Assembly: GCA_963813075.1 (NCBI GenBank)
Contig: CAWEXU010000010.1
Span: forward strand, 1-64,000
From: Methanotrichaceae archaeon
GTDB taxonomy: Archaea > Halobacteriota > Methanosarcinia > Methanotrichales > Methanotrichaceae
Length of the DNA stretch: 64,000 nucleotides
Direction: 5' to 3'
Shown here: in pieces, positions 19,721-30,477 of the stretch
How the letters are laid out: the number at the start of each line of letters is the position of its first letter
Position numbering within the stretch: the first letter of the stretch is position 1
Translations under genes and position numbers: made by a program
The notes under the pieces: generated by a model
Databases searched by the model: none
What the model was told of the DNA's origin: nothing
Seen by the model: the letters and a program-made list of their open reading frames with translations, nothing else

Positions 19721-20227
19721 ATGAGTCCGATTGAGCCGTTTAGCATAATCATATTGAGTGGAGCTGCAGGTGGCATTATCAATGCCATAATAACCGATAA
19801 CGGTTTCATCCTGCCTCGTGAAGAGACCTCTGAGAAGGCGAGCATCATCATACCCGGCATCATTGCCAATCTGCTGATGGGAGCAGCAGCGGGCTTTCTT
19901 TACTGGGGGCTCACCGAGTCCAATAGCATCTCGGTGGTCTGGGGAACTACAACACCCGGGGTGGACGAGATCAAGGTCACAGTCTACGGGATCGCAATGT
20001 CCCTCCTGGCGGGTATGGCAGGAGCAAGGTATCTGACCAACGAGGTGGACAAGAGGCTGCTCAAGGCAGCGGCGGTCACAGCCGCGGCATCTCTTCCTTC
20101 AGACGAGGGCGCGCAGATGATGGCAAAGGCATCTCCTCTGCAAATGCTCCGGATCGCCAGAAGGATGCTGCCGGGGGCGCAGCGAGACGCTAAAATGGAT
20201 TTACTGAAAAATAGGGAAAGCTACTGA
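19721..20227 (+). CDS. hypothetical 3-TM membrane protein
   Basis: GAAGGIINA...GAAAG...LLAGMAGARYL hydrophobic segments; GGGGAG RBS. Confidence 0.75.
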   Translation: MSPIEPFSIIILSGAAGGIINAIITDNGFILPREETSEKASIIIPGIIANLLMGAAAGFLYWGLTESNSISVVWGTTTPGVDEIKVTVYGIAMSLLAGMAGARYLTNEVDKRLLKAAAVTAAASLPSDEGAQMMAKASPLQMLRIARRMLPGAQRDAKMDLLKNRESY

Positions 20228-20231
20228 GAGT

Positions 20232-20783
20232 TCACCTCTCATAGGTGGCCATGGCCTCTCCCTTCTGCAGCACATGACCCTGCATCGCCTCCTCTAGTTC
20301 CTGGCGCGATGCACCCGGCTCCAGATCGAGCACTACATCCAGCCCATATACGCGGAAGTAATACCGGTGTGGTTTTCCGGGCGGTGGGCAGGGGCCAAGG
20401 TATCCTATTTCTCCCGCGCTGTTATTTCCCTGAAGGGCAAAGAAAGGCTCCTCGACGGAAGCATCCCTGGGAAAGTCCCCTGGTATCAGATCTATGGGCG
20501 AAATGTTCCATATGACCCAGTGGGAAAAGGTTCCAACGGGCGCATCCGGGTCATCCATTATCATGGCGATTGACGTGGCATTGACGCCCTCAATCACGAT
20601 TTCCGGCGAGGTGTCATTTCCTTCGCAGGTGTATTCATCCGGGAATTGATCAAAAGCCAGTCTGACATCCAGTTCATTCGTCTCCTCCTCACCCAGGACT
20701 GGCAAGCTGAGCAAAACCGCACAGATAATTGCAATTGCGGCCAGGGCCGCCTGTGCAACCATTCTATCTGTCATATGCCTCAT
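20232..20783 (-). CDS. YbhB/YbcL PEBP-family protein, secreted
   Basis: Signal peptide; DDPDAP..FSHWV, YLGPCPPPGKPHRYYFRVYGLD. Confidence 0.93.
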   Translation of the reverse strand: MRHMTDRMVAQAALAAIAIICAVLLSLPVLGEEETNELDVRLAFDQFPDEYTCEGNDTSPEIVIEGVNATSIAMIMDDPDAPVGTFSHWVIWNISPIDLIPGDFPRDASVEEPFFALQGNNSAGEIGYLGPCPPPGKPHRYYFRVYGLDVVLDLEPGASRQELEEAMQGHVLQKGEAMATYER

Positions 20784-20893
20784 AAAACTATATATTCTGC
20801 ATTAAAACATATAAATTTTATTGATACGGATTGCAGAATCAATCCGGCTGATGACCTTCATATGCCTGGCCAATTCGTAAACGAGTGGCGGGC

Positions 20894-22501
20894 TCAAGCC
20901 CTGCCGAAGACCTTCTTCAAGAGCCCGCCGCCGCTCCCGCTCTTTTTGCTTCGCGCTGGCTTCTCATTCCCAGAGCTGCCAGGCATTTCGGATCTTGACC
21001 TTTTTTCCGGAGATTTTGCCGTCTGCACATTAGTGGCCTTTGCCTTCTCTTTGGAGACGATCTCTGTGCTCACCCCGCCATGCCTGGACTTTCTCGGCCG
21101 GATGTTGACTGTAATCGGCCTTTCTATCTCATTGCTGACCAGCATGGCCACACCAGAGGGCAGCCTTTTGATCTCCTCCTCCAGGTCGGAGGTCATGCCC
21201 TCCAGGCCCTTGCTCAGCGCCTTGAGGTCATTGGGATTGGTCACCCTCATGATGATCTGGGTGTTGCATTGAGATATGACGTTCTTGTCCACCCTGGCCG
21301 GCCTCTGGCTGATGATCATCAGTCCCAGGCCGAACTTGCGCCCTTCCGCGGCAATGGTGCGCACAATACTGGTTGACGCCGCATTTCCCGTGCCCCGCTC
21401 AGGAATGTAGTTGTGCGCCTCTTCCACCACCACCATTCCCGGAGAGATCAGCCTGCGCTTTCGGGCTTCGAAGATGTCCGTCAGCAGGCGGGCGACGATC
21501 ATAGCCTGAAGTTCAGGCAGAATTCCGGTCATATCAATAACCGCAGCCTTTCCAGGCCGGAGCAGCTCCTCGCAGGGCGTCGCCGCACCGGAGAAGAGCC
21601 CCAGCTCCATCAGGGATTCCAGCTGGCCCACCAGATTCCACTTAACCTTGGAGTTGCTCCTCACCACCTGCTCAATGATATCCTCCAGGGTGTAGGCGTC
21701 CGTCTCCGCCCTCAGGGCGCTGATGGCCTCATAAAGCAGTCCGAGCTGGCCGCTGCTGCTGCTCTCATTGGGGATCATCTTCGCCACTTCTCTTGCCGAG
21801 AGGTTCATGGAATTGAAGCGAAAAGGCCTGTCTGCCCTGGGATTCATGGCCATCTCTCCCGGGGTATAGACCGTGACATCATATCCTCTTGGCTTGATCT
21901 TGTACCTGCCGAAATCGCCCACCTTGTTCGCCTCTTTCATGGAGGCATATTCCCCGTGAGGATCTATCACCAGCAGCGCCACCTTTCTGTCCAGGAGCTC
22001 TTCGAGGATCACTGCGGCTGTATAGGATTTTCCCGATCCGGTCTTTGCCAGCACGCTGCAATGCTTCTGCACCAGGGTATTGGCGTCCAGCTCCACCCGG
22101 ATATCGTAGCCTTTCAGCATGCCGATATACATATCACCTTTAGCCAGGCCCAGTGTTGTCTTGATCAGCTTCTCATCGGCGATGAAAACCGGGTCGCCAG
22201 GCCGGGCCGGGCTGGTGGGGAGGTGCAGCTTGCCATTGTTTTCCACCCCGATCACCCTCGCCTCGGCGATCATCGTCTCTTTTGAGTCGTAATTTCTGGC
22301 GGCATCATTGAGCTGGTTTACGCTGTAGGCAGTGTTGGACCTCTTGATATCTTCAACCTGGGCCAGTATCCAATCCCGGCCTTCTCCTTTGGCCTTTATG
22401 TATGTGCCCCGTCCCATCTCTTTATTAATGAGGAACTTGAACGCTGTAGGAGTGGTCTCGCCAACTATTGTGCCCACCGATCCTTTGACTATCGACCTCA
22501 A
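20894..22501 (-). CDS. HerA/FtsK-family ATPase (DUF87, HAS barrel)
   Basis: AKTGSGKS, IDPHGEY, EEAHNY, EGRKFGLGL..SQRP. Confidence 0.92.
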   Translation of the reverse strand: MRSIVKGSVGTIVGETTPTAFKFLINKEMGRGTYIKAKGEGRDWILAQVEDIKRSNTAYSVNQLNDAARNYDSKETMIAEARVIGVENNGKLHLPTSPARPGDPVFIADEKLIKTTLGLAKGDMYIGMLKGYDIRVELDANTLVQKHCSVLAKTGSGKSYTAAVILEELLDRKVALLVIDPHGEYASMKEANKVGDFGRYKIKPRGYDVTVYTPGEMAMNPRADRPFRFNSMNLSAREVAKMIPNESSSSGQLGLLYEAISALRAETDAYTLEDIIEQVVRSNSKVKWNLVGQLESLMELGLFSGAATPCEELLRPGKAAVIDMTGILPELQAMIVARLLTDIFEARKRRLISPGMVVVEEAHNYIPERGTGNAASTSIVRTIAAEGRKFGLGLMIISQRPARVDKNVISQCNTQIIMRVTNPNDLKALSKGLEGMTSDLEEEIKRLPSGVAMLVSNEIERPITVNIRPRKSRHGGVSTEIVSKEKAKATNVQTAKSPEKRSRSEMPGSSGNEKPARSKKSGSGGGLLKKVFGRA

Positions 22502-22692
22502 AGACCATCACCGCATAACCATGCTTTCAGATCCCGTACATTCTATAAAAATTTTTTTTCTCCCCCATTGCTTTTTATCTGGTTTTAATAGAGATCTGGA
22601 AGTATAAAAAGATTGGTCCGGATAGAGGATGCTTATGTCTTAAATACTATATTTTCTGGTTAACAACTTTCCAGGGAAAAAAGGGATTGCCG

Positions 22693-22711
22693 GGGCCAGA
22701 TCTCGGCCCCT
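22693..22711 (-). terminator. hairpin plus U-tract after the Cys-rich protein gene
   Basis: GGGGCC-AGATCTC-GGCCCC followed on the minus strand by CCCTTTTTT. Confidence 0.45.
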
Positions 22712-22731
22712 GGTCTCTATTCAATCTCTAT

Positions 22732-24706
22732 TTATTCATCTTCTGGAGGAACGATTCCCTCCACCATCCCGCTGATCAGGGAGAACCCTATGCCGTTGGA
22801 AGCAGATTGTGTGGGCGTGACCACTACCGTCCAGTATCCTTTGGCAGGATTTCTCAGGAAGTAGTAATCGTAGTTGGAGCCGGTCAGATGCATTGCATCC
22901 ATATCGTCATCCTGCACACTGAGAATGGTTCCGTTGGGCTGGGTCAGGGTGAGGGTGAATGGGAATGCCTTTCTCCGGCCAGGAGACGCCTACCATCTCG
23001 GCACGATCGGACAAATTCTGACCGCTCGATTGCTGGTAGACCTTGCTCGTGCCCATCTGTCTTGAGAAGCGGATGCCTGACCCGCTCGAATAGGCAACCC
23101 CATTCTCTACCTGCAAGGTAGTCAAGGGCAGTGACTGTATCGTTCCAGGGCAGAGTTATAACCGTCCCCGTGTTTATGGTATAGGATTTGGTTGCAGGAG
23201 TGCTGCCGGTCCCGGTGGTGCTTGCTGCTGCAGTTTTGGGCGCAGCAGTTACTGGTGTGGTTTTTGCCGGTGCAGCTACAACTGGTGCAGGGCTATATGG
23301 ATAATAGTACTTGGTTGGATAGGCACCGATGTAGGGATATAGATAGTCTATTGGGAGATAATGGCTATATGGGAAGTAATTGTGGTAGAATGGCCCGCAT
23401 ATTGGCACATGAACGCAACCGCGTGACTTATCGCAGTAATCTCTGGTGCAGGGATTGGCGTCATCGCATATCAGCGGTTTAAATACCGGATTGCCATTTT
23501 CGCATTCGATTGTGCAGTAGTTCTTGTCTGTGTTTATCTCCATATTCTGGCATCCTGCTAGACTATTGCAGGAGTCTTCTGTACATGGATTGCCGTCGTC
23601 GCAGTTCTTTGGTGTATAGACGCATGCTGCGCCATCAAAGGAGTCGACGGTGCATTTATTCCCATCATCGCAGTTCATCGGCGCATGAGTGCAATTGCCC
23701 TGATAGCAGTAGTCGAAGTTGGAAGGGATATTGTCGTTGCAGGTCTTCACAAAGTGCTTGCACTTTCCGTTGACTAAATGATCATCTGTGCATGCATCGC
23801 CATCATCGCAGTCTGATGCATTGTTGACTAAAGCACTGATCCCAGACATTGCAGCATCGGTCAGGTTCTCCTTAGCAGCATCGGTCAGGTTCTCCTTAGC
23901 AGCATCGGTCAGGTTCTCCTCACTTCAGGAGCGGTCAGATTCTCCTTTGCAGCACCGGTCTGGTTCTCCACTGCAGGAGCGGTCAGGTTCTCCTCCTTTC
24001 CGGCGATGGTCGCATTAGTCTCCTGATCGGCATTGTCAACATCATCCTTCTCTGGACTGAGGACCACGCCAAAAGCGATCTCACCTTGTGGCTCAGGAGA
24101 GCTGGCATTCTCTTTAACCTCTGGAGATGAACAGCCGCAATATGAGCGAATATCCTCGCTGGCATCATCACAGCTCACTTGCTCGTAGCTGCAGCCTGCC
24201 AGGCCCAAGTAATCGTTCGTGCATGGATTTCCATCATCGCAGCTAACTGGATCATGTACGCAGCCTGTTGCTGTGCAGTAATCCTTAGTTGCCGGATTGC
24301 CATCATCGCAGTTCACTGGATCGTTTACGCAGCCCGCCGGGCCGTAGTAATCGATGGTGCAGGGGTTGTAGTCCTCGCAGCTTATGGGAGGCTGAACCAC
24401 ATTATAGCCTTGCGGTTGTGCACCTGGTGCCGCTATTGTGATGTTGGAGCTGTTTGCACCCCAGGGCATGCTGGCATTGGAACTTGATTCATTGCTTCTA
24501 TATGTCTGGAAGAATCCGCCCAAGCAGATCTGAGGAATATGTTCGCATTTCGTTCCATTGCAGAAGTCCTTTGTACATGGATTTCTGTCGTCACAGTCTC
24601 CGCACTGGGCTGAGACGCTGATGGGTATCAGCAGCCCGCAGAGAATGAATATTATTAGATATTGGCGAAGCTCGCCTTTTATATCTTTTATACGATCGTT
24701 GATCAC
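22732..24706 (-). CDS. secreted Cys-rich repeat protein (CDDGNPCTxD repeats), frameshifted
   Basis: Signal peptide; ~9 CDDxNxCTxDxC units in ORFs 23909-24706 and 22944-23849; C-terminal beta domain in 22907-23125 and 22732-22917. Confidence 0.8.
23851..23996 (-). repeat. 24-nt tandem repeats encoding ENLTxxxx
   Basis: GCAGCATCGGTCAGGTTCTCCTTA x3 plus three diverged units. Confidence 0.9.
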
Positions 24707-24808
24707 ACTTTACACCCCAAACTATTTCCGTTGTGAATCCTATTTATATCTAATTTTCGCTCTCTTGAAGGTCTATACTTTTTGAGAACCTATATAATTC
24801 ATTCAGCA

Positions 24809-25270
24809 TCATTTCTGGGAGGCGCGCTCCAGGGGCTGCAGAACCTTCCACATTCGCACAGCATGGCATCCCCGGCCGTAGTAGTTCCTGATAAGCTCTC
24901 TTTCCCGGTACCCTGCCTTGCGGTACAGTTCCAGGGCTCCGGTCTTCTTCAGCGCAGCCTCCAAACGGATGGATCTGGCACCCATCCCGAAAAGATTCTT
25001 CTCCAAAGCCAGCAATAGCTCTATGCCGATGCCCTTCCTCCGGTAGCCAGAATGAACATCCAGGGTATAGACCGCTCCTGTATTTCCGCTGGTATATCCG
25101 ATTATGAATCCCAGTATTCTATCCTCAGGGTCGCAGGCGACTAATGCCACAGCATAACGGATCAGATATGAGAACATTCCTGGAGGAAAGGCGGTATCCT
25201 CCGTAAAGCAGAGCGATTCGATCTTTACTATCTGCGGGAGATCCTTTGGCTCTGCTTTGCGAATCCTCAT
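24809..25270 (-). CDS. GNAT acetyltransferase, RimI-like
   Basis: TLDVHSGYRRKGIG, ALELYRKAGY, NYYG. Confidence 0.88.
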   Translation of the reverse strand: MRIRKAEPKDLPQIVKIESLCFTEDTAFPPGMFSYLIRYAVALVACDPEDRILGFIIGYTSGNTGAVYTLDVHSGYRRKGIGIELLLALEKNLFGMGARSIRLEAALKKTGALELYRKAGYRERELIRNYYGRGCHAVRMWKVLQPLERASQK

Positions 25271-25656
25271 TTCTTCTCTGGGGCTTTCCCTGCTACCTGA
25301 GCTACTACATTCGCATAGGCCCCGAAGACTTCAGGGATATCGATCGTTCCAATCACATCCACAATGCCTAAGGCGGCAACAGTCCGTCCTTCTGCCACTA
25401 TGGGTGCAACAGATACTGGAATTCCTGCATAAGCACCGCTTTCAGGGATGGTCCGGATGGCTTTTCCCGTTCTTATGACCTCTTCTAAGATTGGGCCGGT
25501 GTAGTTGTCATCCATAACCATACCGTTCTCCACCCTGACGCCAGGATGCTTTATTCCTCTCATGGTCACTGGAAGCCTGACGATCTCATTGAGGGCAATT
25601 GCGAGACTTGCCAGATCCTCTGATCTGGAGTCTTCAGATATAACGAGTCTGGACAT
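25267..25656 (-). CDS. DUF2111 family protein
   Basis: LPVTMR..PGVRVE.G...YTGPILEEV...GAYAGIPVSVAPI. Confidence 0.8.
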   Translation of the reverse strand: MSRLVISEDSRSEDLASLAIALNEIVRLPVTMRGIKHPGVRVENGMVMDDNYTGPILEEVIRTGKAIRTIPESGAYAGIPVSVAPIVAEGRTVAALGIVDVIGTIDIPEVFGAYANVVAQVAGKAPEKK

Positions 25657-25941
25657 GTCGATATTATCTGGATGGGATATCAAATAAATGCTGCCCTTCC
25701 AGCTGCCTGTATTAAGGGGACAAAGGGACGGGAACGGAATTGAGACTGGATGGGAAGGAAGCATAGATGCTGAGCAGCAGGTGGGCTTTGGGGAAGCAAT
25801 TGGCTTTTTGGCTCTTTTTTTGCCTAAAAATATCGCGAATAATGCCAGATGCCCTATTCATCTGCACCCATTCAGGCACCTGGCAGGATATCTGCAGAAT
25901 CTGGCTTGATAACTGCAGAATATCCAGGTATCTTTCAGCCA

Positions 25942-27129
25942 TTACTCTCCCTTTTGCTGTCCCTTCCTCTTCAATAGCCTGGCCTGGAAGCCGTGATACT
26001 TGGCAAAGCCCTCCGCATCCTTCTGGCTCAGAGTCTGGGAATCAAATGAGACCATATCCTGGGAGTATAGGGCATCTGGAGACTGGCGGCCTGCAGGGAT
26101 GGCACTGCCGCAGAAGAGCTTCATCTTAACCGAGCCGTTCACTCTCTTTTGAGACTGGTCGATGAAGGCATTCAGGTCTGCATAAAGTGGGTCCTCCACC
26201 AGGCCCATATAGGCCAGCTCAGACCAGAATTCGTCCACCATGACCTTGAAGCGAAGCTCATTGCGGGATAAGACCAGTCGCTCCAGATCCTTGTGGGCAG
26301 TCAGGAGGATGGTGGCAGCAGGATGCTCATAGTTCTCCCGTGCTTTCAGCCCCATTACCCGGTCCTCGACCATGTCCGTCCTGCCCACGCCATGCTCGCC
26401 GCCGATCTGATTGAGCTTCTCTATCAGCTCCAGGCCGTTCATCTCCTTTCCATCCAGCGAGACAGGCACGCCCTCTTTGAATCCAATCTCAACTATCTGG
26501 GCGGACCGGTCAGAGCTTGGGGTCTTCGTCCAGCCGTAGATCTCCTCCGGCGGCTCGAAGTAGGGGTCCTCAAGCTTCCCTCCCTCGATCGAGCGGGACC
26601 ATATGTTCTCATCGATAGACCAGGGCTTCTCTTTGGTTACAGGGACATCGATGCCGTGCTCGCGAGCATAGTCTATCTCCCACTCGCGAGCCAGGTCCAG
26701 CTCTCTCATGGGAGCGATAACCCGGCAGTCTGTAGCCCGGAATATGGCCTCGAAGCGGAGCTGGTCATTGCCGCGACCGGTGCATCCGTGGGCCAGATTC
26801 TTTATGCCCAATTTATCGGCAATCTCTGCCGATTTGCTGGCGATGAGAGGGCGGGCGATGGCCGTTCCCAGAACGTATCCCTCATATGAGCCGTTGGCCT
26901 TGATCAGCGGAAAGAGGCATTTCTCCACGAACTCCATCCTGGCGTCTATGGTGTAATGCTCATCTGCCAGCTGCTTTGCCCTGAGGTTCCCTCGTTCTAT
27001 ATCCGACCTCGGCTGGCCGACGTCCACCAGAACGGTAACTATCTTATCAAATCCATAGCGCTCCCGGAGGAGAGGAATGCAAACCGATGTATCCAGGCCA
27101 CCGGAATAGGCCAGTACAACTTCAGACAC
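25942..27129 (-). CDS. argG: argininosuccinate synthase
   Basis: [37 protein letters not shown]. Confidence 0.97.
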   Translation of the reverse strand: MSEVVLAYSGGLDTSVCIPLLRERYGFDKIVTVLVDVGQPRSDIERGNLRAKQLADEHYTIDARMEFVEKCLFPLIKANGSYEGYVLGTAIARPLIASKSAEIADKLGIKNLAHGCTGRGNDQLRFEAIFRATDCRVIAPMRELDLAREWEIDYAREHGIDVPVTKEKPWSIDENIWSRSIEGGKLEDPYFEPPEEIYGWTKTPSSDRSAQIVEIGFKEGVPVSLDGKEMNGLELIEKLNQIGGEHGVGRTDMVEDRVMGLKARENYEHPAATILLTAHKDLERLVLSRNELRFKVMVDEFWSELAYMGLVEDPLYADLNAFIDQSQKRVNGSVKMKLFCGSAIPAGRQSPDALYSQDMVSFDSQTLSQKDAEGFAKYHGFQARLLKRKGQQKGE

Positions 27130-27242
27130 TTTGTCAACACCATTTTGGTACAGGAGGATGGATCGATTTAATCTTATCCCTTTTATCCGGCCTTTTTATC
27201 TGGGCGATAACTCTATAACTGCACTCGAAAAAGGGTCTTTTA

Positions 27243-28337
27243 ATGACCCCGCTTATCAAGACGGCCGCTCTTTGTGTGGACTTTGATAGGGATGCCCGGG
27301 CCCTGCATGCTCAGGGTGCCCTGGCGCGAATGATCCAGCCGGTTTTGAATATGGTAAACCAGAGGCTGGAAGAGGAGAAGCCTGCTCAGATCAGGCTGAA
27401 GGATCTGGTAGCCAGCACCTGGCTCCCGCCCATTCCCAGCGGACCGTTCAAGAGGCTGCTGGTTAATGAGGCCAGGACTGCAATAGGAAGACCAGTACCT
27501 CAGACCGTCTCCATCGAGGTCACCAGGAGCTGCGGCGCTAAATGCGATCACTGTCTGATAAAAGAGGGCGAGGGAGAGCTGAGCTCTGAGGAGATCAAGA
27601 GGGTTATCGACCAGGCCCTGGATTTGGGGACCTGCATCATAACCTTCACCGAGGGAGATCCCCTCCTCCGAGAGGACATCTTCGAGCTGATAAAGCATGT
27701 GGACCCGGATAAGGCGGTGGTGAATCTGTTCACCCCGGGCCTGGAGATGACGGTGGAAAAGGCGGTCAAGCTCAGAGAAGCGGGGCTGTATAATCTGATA
27801 ATCGGGGTCTATAGCGCTAATCCTGAGGAGCACGATCGAGTGAGGGGCGTTTTTGGCGCTCATGCCAAAGCGCTGGAGGCGATTCGCATTGCTCTGGACA
27901 CCGGCCTCTTGGTCACCATGTCCTGCCACATTCTGTCCGGCCAGGTGGACAGGATAATGGAGCTTTATGAGCTGGCCAAAGAGCTTGGGGTAGCAGAGCT
28001 ATCCGTCTGGGAGGGCATGCCAAAGAGCCCGGAGCAGGCCCTCACCCAGATTGAGAGGGAGAAGATCATAAACCTCTACCACAAGATCAACTCCACTCCT
28101 GGTGGTCCCCGCCTTTTTGCCAATACCTATTTCGAAGGACAGATGCTGGGGTGCATGGCAGGGAGGAGATGGATGCATGTGGCAGTTGACGGCACAATAA
28201 GGGCCTGTCCATATATGCGGGATAGCTATGAGGATATCCACGAGGTATCGCTCAAGGAGGCCTGGAAGAGGTTGCGCAGCACGGGCCAGTTCAATGGCTT
28301 CGTATCCTGCTGTCCGGCTCAGGATATCCCTGCCTAG
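27243..28337 (+). CDS. radical SAM/SPASM protein
   Basis: CGAKCDHC; GCMAGRRW...DG..ACPY. Confidence 0.88.
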   Translation: MTPLIKTAALCVDFDRDARALHAQGALARMIQPVLNMVNQRLEEEKPAQIRLKDLVASTWLPPIPSGPFKRLLVNEARTAIGRPVPQTVSIEVTRSCGAKCDHCLIKEGEGELSSEEIKRVIDQALDLGTCIITFTEGDPLLREDIFELIKHVDPDKAVVNLFTPGLEMTVEKAVKLREAGLYNLIIGVYSANPEEHDRVRGVFGAHAKALEAIRIALDTGLLVTMSCHILSGQVDRIMELYELAKELGVAELSVWEGMPKSPEQALTQIEREKIINLYHKINSTPGGPRLFANTYFEGQMLGCMAGRRWMHVAVDGTIRACPYMRDSYEDIHEVSLKEAWKRLRSTGQFNGFVSCCPAQDIPA

Positions 28338-28624
28338 TTATCTCATCATTCATATCGAAAAAAATCTTCATTTTTTATTGGGTAATAACGAATTCTTCTA
28401 TTGTATATAAAAATTTTAAATAATTTTTTTACCATATTTAAGGGTTTGGGATCTCGGATGGACTTTCCCTGACAAAAATTATTGATTATTGTGGAATAAA
28501 ATATTGCATATTATGATATTCATAAGATGGTGGATATTTCCTCCCTGCCGGGCGGGCGGCAGCTGAATAAAAGACATGGAAAATTATTAGTACAGATATG
28601 TCCTAATCTGATCTGAGGTAATAC

Positions 28625-29263
28625 ATGGGTTTCATGAGAAGCTTCAGGGAGAACCTTGGAGCCTGGATAAATAAGATCTTCAAGAAGAAGAGGGCCAAGA
28701 TCGGGTTGTATGGCCCACCTAATGCCGGAAAGACCACTCTGGCCAATCGCATACTGAAGGATTGGAGCGGAGGAGATTCCATGGGGACGGTCTCTCCAAT
28801 TCCTCACGAGACCCGCAGGGCGATGAGGAGAGAAGGGCTGGTGATCAATGCCAATGGATCGAGCATTGAATTGGATATTGTTGATACGCCGGGGATGGCA
28901 ACAAAGATCGATTTTAAGGAATTCATGGCCTTCGGGCTATCCGAGACTGAATCCAAGAAGAGGGCCAAGGAAGCTACAGAAGGGGTCATAGAGGCCATAA
29001 AATGGCTGGATGACCTGGATGGAGTGCTGCTGGTTATGGACTCGACTGAAGACCCCTACACCCAGGTCAATGTGACAGTGATAGGGAATATGGAGGCAAG
29101 GAAGCTTCCTCTTCTCATTGTGGCCAATAAGATGGACCTGCCCGATGCCTCACCCTCCAGAATCAGCGCTGCCTTTCCCCAGCATTCCATCGTCCCTATA
29201 TCCGCTTTAGAGGGATCGAATTTAGACGACCTTTATAAGGCAATCGCGACTCACTTCGGGTGA
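28625..29263 (+). CDS. Era-like small GTPase (OapA/ArvA family)
   Basis: GPPNAGKT, HETR, DTPG, NKMD, ISAL. Confidence 0.9.
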   Translation: MGFMRSFRENLGAWINKIFKKKRAKIGLYGPPNAGKTTLANRILKDWSGGDSMGTVSPIPHETRRAMRREGLVINANGSSIELDIVDTPGMATKIDFKEFMAFGLSETESKKRAKEATEGVIEAIKWLDDLDGVLLVMDSTEDPYTQVNVTVIGNMEARKLPLLIVANKMDLPDASPSRISAAFPQHSIVPISALEGSNLDDLYKAIATHFG

Positions 29264-29628
29264 TCTTGATGAGAGAAGTGCATATGGACCTAATCTCCGA
29301 GGAGAAGCTGGAGAATATGACATCTATGGAGAAGATCCGGCTCATACTGGACAAGGTCAAAAAGGGAAAGATCGTTGTCCTTGAGAGCGGCCTGACTCCG
29401 GATGAGGAGGTGCGGCTCATCGAGATGACCATGACTGAGATCAGGGTAGATGAGTTTTCGGGAATTGAGATCGAAAGCTATCCCTCCAAAAAGGGTGGGT
29501 CGTTTCTGGACCGGATATTTGGAAAAAGCCTCAAGGGCAGGATGACGGTAATCGGCCCGGCAAATCAGATCCACACCATTAAGAAGGACGAGTTTCAGAT
29601 CAGCACCAAGGTCTCAATGGGGGATTGA
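29260..29628 (+). CDS. DUF2073 protein (OapB/ArvB)
   Basis: MEKIRLILD, LESGLTPDEE..LIEMTM, FSGIEIESYP, TVIGPAN. Confidence 0.88.
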   Translation: MILMREVHMDLISEEKLENMTSMEKIRLILDKVKKGKIVVLESGLTPDEEVRLIEMTMTEIRVDEFSGIEIESYPSKKGGSFLDRIFGKSLKGRMTVIGPANQIHTIKKDEFQISTKVSMGD

Positions 29629-30159
29629 ATGCCCCACATCTGCACCCGATGCAATAGCGTATTTGAATCAGGAGAGGATATCCTCAGAGGCTGTCCATCC
29701 TGCGGCTGGAAGAAGTTCATGTTCGTGCGCAAGGTGCCGCAGGTCGAGGACAGATCCCGAGCCCCTCCGGATCAAATAATAACCCGTGCCATGGGTGTAA
29801 AGATGCCTCCCAAGAGGGGAAAGGTGTCCCTGGGGATGGATAGAAGCGGTCCGTTGAAAAAGGAGTTTGAGCCCGATTTCTCAGCCGACAGGCCTGCCAC
29901 AGCCGAATCAACCCAAAAAAGCCCGGCTGAGATGCCGGATAGCTCCAATAAAATCTCTGAGGCGGACCGCCAGAGCGAATTGCATGGCAGCCCGGCCGGG
30001 GTTGAGAGGGCTTTAGAGAGCGTAAAGATAACTGCTCCCGGAACTTATGAGCTGAATTTGCCATCCCTGTTCGAAAGGGATGAGCTGATCATGGCGGTCA
30101 AAGAAGGGACATATTTTATTGACCTGACATCGGCCTTCAAAAAGAGCAAGAGAGAGTAA
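29629..30159 (+). CDS. Zn-ribbon DUF2072 protein (OapC/ArvC)
   Basis: MPHICTRC...GCPSCGWKKF; ESVKI..PGTYELNL. Confidence 0.88.
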   Translation: MPHICTRCNSVFESGEDILRGCPSCGWKKFMFVRKVPQVEDRSRAPPDQIITRAMGVKMPPKRGKVSLGMDRSGPLKKEFEPDFSADRPATAESTQKSPAEMPDSSNKISEADRQSELHGSPAGVERALESVKITAPGTYELNLPSLFERDELIMAVKEGTYFIDLTSAFKKSKRE

Positions 30160-30194
30160 AAGAGCGAAGAGAGAGTAAAAGAGCGAAGAGAGAT
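30140..30194 (+). repeat. ~19-nt tandem repeat x3 spanning a stop codon
   Basis: AAAAGAGC(G)AAGAGAGAGT units. Confidence 0.85.
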
Positions 30195-30477
30195 AAAAAC
30201 GAGAGAAGAGTAAAAAAGACGGAGAGATGAACTTTTGCATTCAATCCTGTGATATGCGGATTTCGATTACCTTCCAGTTCTCATCTACTCCGCGCAGAGA
30301 CTGGGCCATGGCAACTGCCGCATTGCCTATGATCTCTTGAGGAAATTCGCTCAATGGAATATCTTTGCCGTCCACCTTCAGCTCTACAGTCATCTCAATC
30401 GCATTCCTTTAGCTCTCCATGGCTTTTCATCCTTTTTTCATTCTCAATTCAATTTATTAGATTCTAATATATATCCT

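Noticed and set aside
21413..22285. Long antisense ORFs (also 32209-33177 and 39888-41087)
   Set aside because: Shadow ORFs opposite well-supported genes in GC-rich coding DNA, with no recognisable motifs
28340..28620. Replication origin upstream of the oap-like operon
   Set aside because: AT-rich, but I see no repeated ORB (TCCAGTGGAAA..GGGG) elements and no cdc6/orc1 in the window
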